The notes below the pieces were generated by a model, which saw nothing but the letters and a program-made list of their open reading frames with translations, was not told where the DNA came from and did no database searches. This document shows, piece by piece, positions 58,126-64,000 of a DNA stretch of 64,000 bases (the first letter of the stretch is position 1; each line of letters starts with the position of its first letter). A program made the position numbers and the translations under genes. Origin of the DNA: Coprothermobacterota bacterium (GTDB taxonomy: Bacteria > Coprothermobacterota > HKB111); the NCBI GenBank assembly GCA_037440465.1, contig JBBIUB010000002.1:40492-104491 (forward strand), given 5' to 3'.

Positions 58126-59811
58126 TTACTCCTCAACTCTTAGATAAACTTTCTTAAGCTGCTCCGGATCCACGCTGGAAGGAGCATCTGTGAGTGGGTC
58201 ATATGTTGAGGTCATCTTAGGGAAAGCAATGACCTCTCTTATGGACTCCTCGCCCAGGAGATTAGCTACCAATCGGTCAAAACCTAAAGCAATACCTCCA
58301 TGTGGAGGAGCGCCATAATTCAAAGCCTTCAGAAGAAAACTGAATTTATCCTCAACTTCCTTTACTCCCAACCCCAAAACTTCAAATACTTTTTTCTGAA
58401 TCTCCTGAGAGATAATCCTTATGCTTCCACCACCAATTTCTACTCCATTGACAACAATGTCATAGGCTCGAGCCCTTATACCAAGAGGATTACTCCCAAA
58501 TAGTGAGATGTCTTCTTCCAGTGGAGAAGTAAAAGGATGATGCTTGGAGGTTAATTTTCCTTCCTGGTCCAGTTCAAAGAGTGGAAAATTCTTAATCCAG
58601 ATAGGTTCAAATTTAGTTGAAGGTTTAAGTTCTTCAATTTCAATTATTCTTTTTCTTAAAAATCCCAACCTCTCCAGTGTAGACTTCTTTTCTCCTCCCA
58701 ATATCAGGAAAAGGTCGTTTGGACTTGCATTTAAAAATTTCGGCAGTTCTTTAACAGGAAGGTTTATCAACTTCCCCCCAATTCCCTTCACAAAATCTTC
58801 GTATTCCTTTAAATACTTTCGGCTTATTTTCTTTGCATCTTTAACAAGAATCCCACCAACATAAGGAGAGTCCCTTAAATAATTTATTCTACTGTCTCTA
58901 AAATAATCAGTCACATCTATAATCTCTAATTCAAAACGAACATCTGGTTTATCTGTTCCAAATCTTTCCATCGATTCTTCGTAAGTTAAAATCTTATAAG
59001 GTCTCTTTAATATTATGCCTTGCATCTCCTGCCATAGTAAAGAAAACAATCTTTCAACAATATCCCGTACATCTTCTTCTTGAATAAAAGCCATCTCTAC
59101 ATCTATCTGGGTGAATTCAGGTTGTCTGTCAGCTCTGGGGTCTTCGTCCCTGAAGCATCTGGCAAGTTGGAAATACTTATCAAAACCCGAAATTATTAAA
59201 AGTTGTTTATAGATCTGTGGAGACTCTGCCAAAGCAAAAAACCTTCCAGAACCAAATCTTGTTGGAACCAGGTAATTCCTTGCTCCACCAGGCGTATTCT
59301 TCACCAGAATAGGTGTCTCCACCTCTACAAAACCTTCTTTGTGGAAAAAATCTCTGACCAACCTGCTTATCACTGATCTGGCTTTGATGTTTCTGTGCAG
59401 ACTATCTCTTCTTAAATCAAGGTATCTATATTTAAGTCTTAAAGGTTCTTCCACTTCTTTTTCTTTAGTTATCTCAAAAGGAAGAGGTTGAGATTTATTG
59501 ATGAGTGATAGCTTTTCACAAAGAATCTCTACTTCTCCAGTTCTCATTTTTGGATTTATCGATCCTATGGGTCTTATCCTGACAGTACCTTTAACTTCAA
59601 CTACATCTTCTGATTTGAGATTGAGAAGAAGATCCACCCCTTCTCCTTTAACATTATCTGGCCACACTACCTGGGTAATTCCTTCACTATCTCTAAGGTC
59701 TAAAAACATCACTCCCCCGTGGTTTCTGATTTTATGCACCCACCCCTGCAATACTACTTCCTCACCAACATTCCTGGAGGTTAGGCTACCAGCAAAATGA
59801 GTTCTTTTCAT
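58126..59811 (-). CDS. aspS: Aspartate-tRNA ligase (probably non-discriminating)
   Basis: RLKYRYLDLR, CFRDEDPRADRQPEF, HHPFT, PPHGGIALGFDR. Confidence 0.96.
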   Translation of the reverse strand: MKRTHFAGSLTSRNVGEEVVLQGWVHKIRNHGGVMFLDLRDSEGITQVVWPDNVKGEGVDLLLNLKSEDVVEVKGTVRIRPIGSINPKMRTGEVEILCEKLSLINKSQPLPFEITKEKEVEEPLRLKYRYLDLRRDSLHRNIKARSVISRLVRDFFHKEGFVEVETPILVKNTPGGARNYLVPTRFGSGRFFALAESPQIYKQLLIISGFDKYFQLARCFRDEDPRADRQPEFTQIDVEMAFIQEEDVRDIVERLFSLLWQEMQGIILKRPYKILTYEESMERFGTDKPDVRFELEIIDVTDYFRDSRINYLRDSPYVGGILVKDAKKISRKYLKEYEDFVKGIGGKLINLPVKELPKFLNASPNDLFLILGGEKKSTLERLGFLRKRIIEIEELKPSTKFEPIWIKNFPLFELDQEGKLTSKHHPFTSPLEEDISLFGSNPLGIRARAYDIVVNGVEIGGGSIRIISQEIQKKVFEVLGLGVKEVEDKFSFLLKALNYGAPPHGGIALGFDRLVANLLGEESIREVIAFPKMTSTYDPLTDAPSSVDPEQLKKVYLRVEE

Positions 59812-59812
59812 A

Positions 59813-61063
59813 CTATATTGTCTCTCCTTTTAGAAACAACCTTAAACTTGTTATATCTCCAGAAGAAAAAACCTTATCCTTACCTTTTAAAAGGTCTCTT
59901 AATACCATGTCTTTTTCAAAGAGAGTAAGAAGATATCTGAAACCTTCTTTATCTGCAGTTTTAGCCTGAGCTTTAAGGCTTCTTTCAAGATAATCAATAT
60001 CAACCTTTATATTATTCTTCCTCAAAAACTGACTGAGCATTAACCCTTCATCCCGAACTGAGTTGGAAGCAAAGGCTATATAAACACCATCCCTGGTTTC
60101 AGAAAATAAATCAGGATTATACTCTTTGGCTACCTCAAATAGCCTCTCTAATCCCAGGGCAAAGCCTACTCCAGGAGTGGGAGGACCCCCCAGTAAAGAC
60201 ACCAAGTCATCGTATCTACCCCCACCAAGAATACTAGTATTTTCACCAAGATAAGAAGTTATAATCTCAAAAACTGTTTTTGTATAATAATCTAATCCCC
60301 TTACAAGGTATGGGTCTTCCTTCCAGGGAATTTCAAGTAATGAGAGACCAATTTTGAGTTTTTCGTAGTGTTCAGAACAATCTGGACAAAGATAATCTTC
60401 AGATTTAGGAACATCAGAAATTATTAACCTATCTTTTTTACAGTCTAAAATTCTTAAGGGATTAGTATCGTATCTTTTTTGGCAATCAACGCATAGGTTC
60501 TCTAATTTATTTCCAATATAATTTTTTAACACTTCCATATATATAGGACGACAGTCAGGACATCCAATAGAATTCAGGAGTATCAAATATTCTTTTATTC
60601 CTATAGCCTCCATCATATCTTTACCAATACTAATCACCTCTACATCTAAGTAGGGTGAAAAAGAGCCTAGGGCTTCAACGCCAATCTGGTAAAACTCCCT
60701 GTATCTTCCAGCTTGTGGTCTCTCATATCTGTACATAGAACCAATATAATAAAATTTGAAAATTCCCCCTTTGTGAGCCATGTTGTGCTCAACAAATAAT
60801 CTGGCAACAGATGCTGTGCCTTCAGGGCGAAGTGTTAGCCACCTTCCTTTTTTGTCTTGAAAGGTATACATTTCTTTTTGAACAATGTCTGTATCTTCCC
60901 CTATCCCTCGGGAAAAAAGCTCAGTATGTTCAAAAAGAGGAAAATAGACCTTTTTATATGAAAAGATTTCTGCTCTTTCAGCAAGAATACCAACAAGTTT
61001 ACCCCAGAACTGTGATTCTGGTGGAAGGATATCTCTTGTTCCCCTGGGGGATTTATATTCCAT
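59813..61063 (-). CDS. hisS: Histidine-tRNA ligase
   Basis: PRGTRD, LRPEGTA, RYERPQAGRYREF, LVRGLDYY, GGGRYD; start ATG 61063 after GGAGG. Confidence 0.96.
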   Translation of the reverse strand: MEYKSPRGTRDILPPESQFWGKLVGILAERAEIFSYKKVYFPLFEHTELFSRGIGEDTDIVQKEMYTFQDKKGRWLTLRPEGTASVARLFVEHNMAHKGGIFKFYYIGSMYRYERPQAGRYREFYQIGVEALGSFSPYLDVEVISIGKDMMEAIGIKEYLILLNSIGCPDCRPIYMEVLKNYIGNKLENLCVDCQKRYDTNPLRILDCKKDRLIISDVPKSEDYLCPDCSEHYEKLKIGLSLLEIPWKEDPYLVRGLDYYTKTVFEIITSYLGENTSILGGGRYDDLVSLLGGPPTPGVGFALGLERLFEVAKEYNPDLFSETRDGVYIAFASNSVRDEGLMLSQFLRKNNIKVDIDYLERSLKAQAKTADKEGFRYLLTLFEKDMVLRDLLKGKDKVFSSGDITSLRLFLKGETI

Positions 61064-61142
61064 AAATCTGCTTTCCTCCAATAATTCTAATAAATGTTAC
61101 CGTAGGCAGGTTTGAATGTCAACTGCACCAAAACCTTCCTTC

Positions 61143-61910
61143 TTAAATAACCCCTTTGAATAAATCTTCTTCTCTGGTAAGGTTTAGTTCCCTTATACTG
61201 GCTTCAATTTCTTCCCACTCAAGGTTCTTAATAATGGCTACCGGTACTTTCTCTGTTGCTTGCCCCATAACCAATTCGGCTGCTGATGATACTTCGTCAA
61301 CTATTGCTATATTCTTTACGATAAGCTCCTTACCATATAAATCTCCTGTGTGCCTATAATCTCTGAAGGGCCATAACCCAGCAATACCTATCGCTAAGTC
61401 CATCTGCCCCTTCCTGAAAGGTCGGCTATAAGTATCAGATATTATTACAGCCAGATTTTTCCCGGTAAGTTCTTTTAATTTAGAAAGGATGCTGCGAGCA
61501 GAAGCATCCGGGTCTCTGGGTAATAGAGAATAACTATAATCATAGGAAACATTAGACCTGTCTGCTCCTGCATTAAGACATATATTTCCCTGGACATTTC
61601 TTACAATTATTCCCTCGGGAGTAGCCTTAAGAACTTCTTCCGTATCTTGCAGAACCAATTCTATCAAACGTGGGTCTCTGGAAGTAAGTTCTGCCAACTT
61701 TTCTGCTTCTTTTGAAGGGATAATATCTTCAAGTGGAAAAACTCTACCTTCGGCTTTTGAGACAATCTTCTGAGTTACTACCACAATATCTTTATCCTCA
61801 ATTTCCACCCCTTCTCTCTGACAGGCATCTATAATCAAAATAGCTAAATCATCACCCGTTTTAACCAGTGGTATAGTTTGAAGTCCAACAACTGTTATAT
61901 TCTTTGCCAT
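61143..61910 (-). CDS. cofE: Coenzyme F420-0:L-glutamate ligase-like protein
   Basis: TQKIVSKAEGR, NAGADRSN, LPRDPDASA, IISDTYSRPFRKG, DLYG, DEVSSAAELVMG. Confidence 0.85.
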   Translation of the reverse strand: MAKNITVVGLQTIPLVKTGDDLAILIIDACQREGVEIEDKDIVVVTQKIVSKAEGRVFPLEDIIPSKEAEKLAELTSRDPRLIELVLQDTEEVLKATPEGIIVRNVQGNICLNAGADRSNVSYDYSYSLLPRDPDASARSILSKLKELTGKNLAVIISDTYSRPFRKGQMDLAIGIAGLWPFRDYRHTGDLYGKELIVKNIAIVDEVSSAAELVMGQATEKVPVAIIKNLEWEEIEASIRELNLTREEDLFKGVI

Positions 61911-61924
61911 TTTACTTTCCTCCA

Positions 61925-63064
61925 TTAAAGGCTTTTGCCAAATATATAAAATTTTTTATAAGGTTCTCCCCCTAAATTTTTTATTGCATTATTAATGCCC
62001 CAGTTATCTTCCAATGTCATAGATGCTTCACCATAAATATAGCCTTTTTTATAAGCAGCTTTAGCTGACTCTATGTATAGAAGAGCATCAAGACCGCGAT
62101 GGCGGTACTCTTCAAGAACCCCAAGGATAAATACTCTAAGGGTCTTTAAATGTTTTATCTTTAGACGATAGAGAAGTTTTAACACATTTATTGGAGAAAT
62201 TTCTCCCTTAAAATCCTTTATTGCCTGGTTGAGGTCAGGTAGGGTAACCGAAACCCCCACTGGTTTACCATTTTTATAAGCAAATAGAGCCAGGTCTTCA
62301 TCAACTAAGTCCTTTAACTTATCCCCAATATACTTCATATCTTCCTCAGTCAGTGGGGTAAAACCCCAATTGCCTTTCCAACACTCATTATAGAGATATC
62401 TTAAAATCTTCAATTCTTCATCAAACTTTTTCATATTTACTTTTCTAATTTCAATACCATACCTTTTCTTAAGAGCCTCACTTAACTTATCAAACCGTTC
62501 TGCCCTTGAGATAACATCTTTTACTTCCATCCACCAGGCATACCAGGTCTTTATCACTTCAATACCAGAAGAAGTAAAAAGGTTAGCATAATAAGGAGGA
62601 TTGTAAGCTGTTAATATAGTAGCTGGAGGAAAACCTTCCACCAGAATGCCTATCTCTTCACTCATGGAAGGACACATTGGACCTATCATCTCATCCATCC
62701 CCTGAGCCTTCAACCAGCTTGAAGCTGCGTCCAGAAGAGCTTTACTAACTTCAGTATCGTTAATACTTTCAAAAAAGCCAAAAAACCCTGTATTTTTACC
62801 CTGATAACTCACGAACTGATAATCTACCTGAGCAGATACTCTACCTACCAATTTACCATCTTCTTCTGCAATAAAAAGGTGTATTTTACCATGTTTAAAA
62901 AAGGGATTCTTAGCAGGATTTAGCCGTTCTTCAATATCCAACCGTAAAGGAGGAATATAATTATGGTCACCGTTATATATACCTCCTCGTAGGGGAAAAT
63001 CAATAAACTTCCTTACCTGACCTGTGTCCGTCACAGGAAAATCAATTATTTTTATCTTGCTCAA
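61925..63064 (-). CDS. Tandem-GNAT protein (YghO / bacterial ceramide synthase-like family)
   Basis: FIDFP, NPFF, VGRVSA, GFFGFFE, YNPPYY, NWGFTP, LGVLEEYRHRGL. Confidence 0.75.
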   Translation of the reverse strand: MSKIKIIDFPVTDTGQVRKFIDFPLRGGIYNGDHNYIPPLRLDIEERLNPAKNPFFKHGKIHLFIAEEDGKLVGRVSAQVDYQFVSYQGKNTGFFGFFESINDTEVSKALLDAASSWLKAQGMDEMIGPMCPSMSEEIGILVEGFPPATILTAYNPPYYANLFTSSGIEVIKTWYAWWMEVKDVISRAERFDKLSEALKKRYGIEIRKVNMKKFDEELKILRYLYNECWKGNWGFTPLTEEDMKYIGDKLKDLVDEDLALFAYKNGKPVGVSVTLPDLNQAIKDFKGEISPINVLKLLYRLKIKHLKTLRVFILGVLEEYRHRGLDALLYIESAKAAYKKGYIYGEASMTLEDNWGINNAIKNLGGEPYKKFYIFGKSL

Positions 63065-63211
63065 TTAATTAACACCTCAAAAAGAAAGAATTTTTCAAAT
63101 TATGAAATTTCCAAATTATACCCCTTATTGTATCAGTTTACCCCACCTTCTAATCCTCCCACTCTTCTTTATATCTTTCCTCTCATTTGTTAACCTAAAC
63201 TTTCCTATATT

Positions 63212-63249
63212 GTCACCCTGGGACCTGCCCTGAATTTATTTCAGGGTCT
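63212..63249. repeat. REP-like palindrome, second copy
   Basis: GTCACCCTG...CCCTGAATTTATTTCAGGGTCT. Confidence 0.6.
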
Positions 63250-63575
63250 CATCACCCACTTCTATCATTACGATCGACCTTTTTTCTCCTGTCATGGCGA
63301 GACTGCCCCCCCTCCTCCTACCTCCTCCCGCCAGGGGATGAGAGTAAATATGAGGAATTCCTTCACTTGTCACTAGTAACAGCTTTTAAATTACTTGTCA
63401 CCAGTTACTGTCACAGCTCTTTCATTACTCTCAAGAGGGGGCTTGTGGAGGATCTGACCCCAATTACTTTATCTATCATAATTTCCAGGAGACCCTGCTT
63501 AAAAAACCTACTTCTGAGAACATACCGCCGGGACAAGTAAAGATTCAAACAGACAGGGATACTTATACATCCTTT

Positions 63576-63974
63576 ATGTCTTCAACCGTAGGAATCGGTT
63601 TAACTCCGATATACATATTAGGGAGAAGTCCTGAAACAGTTAAATTTCATTGGCGCACTAACTATGGCCATTTTATAAGTTGGGAACCACCCGATTATAA
63701 AGTCTATTTATTAGGAGTTGAAGTTATAAACAACGGAGAAAAAATCTATTGGTCATATAGTCCTGCTGAAATGGATGAAAATAAACCTTCTATTCAAATT
63801 TCTTTAAGTGTAAAAGATGAACAGTCCGGGATTATTTTAACTGAGTCAAGCCTTGAAATAGGCCGGGTAGAAATGGATACTGCAAAAGTAAAAAATGAGT
63901 CTTCTTTATATTTGCTCAACAAAACCTCAGAAAACCAGCTTGATGATATACTACCAATTATAATTACCTATTAA
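63576..63974 (+). CDS. Hypothetical protein, possibly 5'-truncated
   Basis: 132-aa ORF with no SD; frame stays open upstream to 63390 with no ATG. Confidence 0.45.
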   Translation: MSSTVGIGLTPIYILGRSPETVKFHWRTNYGHFISWEPPDYKVYLLGVEVINNGEKIYWSYSPAEMDENKPSIQISLSVKDEQSGIILTESSLEIGRVEMDTAKVKNESSLYLLNKTSENQLDDILPIIITY

Positions 63975-64000
63975 TATATGGAGGTGTTTTTGTGAAACCA

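Noticed and set aside
63992..64000. Start of another CDS (GGAGG then GTG AAA CCA)
   Set aside because: Only three codons lie in the window, so it cannot be characterised

Overview
AT-rich bacterial chromosomal window from a probable anaerobe; taxonomy cannot be determined from the sequence alone. From left to right it holds: (1) a minus-strand catabolic cluster of CoA-transferase III, C-N hydrolase, YahE/F/G (AllH/F/G)-like trio, cyclase and xanthine-dehydrogenase-family FAD/2Fe-2S/Mo subunits, with the Mo subunit running off the window start; (2) a Lon-like protease, an eRF1/aRF1-like protein, a heterodimeric ABC exporter, CDF, DppA and a methyltransferase; (3) four tRNAs (Leu, Cys, Gly, Phe) with an IS remnant and an Fe-ADH pseudogene; (4) DUF362, lipid kinase, amidohydrolase, rpsU (absent from the ORF track) and a 3D-domain protein; (5) a compact archaeal-type CODH/ACS operon (cdhA, DUF166, cdhB, cdhC, cdhE/acsC) that continues directly into a HydC/HydB (NuoE/NuoF)-like flavin module with no HydA/FdhA partner and no cdhD/acsE; (6) housekeeping genes: L20 leader-infC-rpmI-rplT-pheST-mutS2, PBP1A, FMN riboswitch-ribDEBAH-mobB, psuG, PSP1, holB, tmk, R3H-AAA, recR, dnaX, aspS, hisS, cofE-like and GNAT. 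The best candidates for undescribed systems are the Cdh-HydBC operon (putative electron-bifurcating, possibly NADP-linked CODH/ACS) and the Xdh-cyclase-YahEFG-amidase-CoA-transferase pathway. All family assignments come from motif recognition by eye, not database searches.
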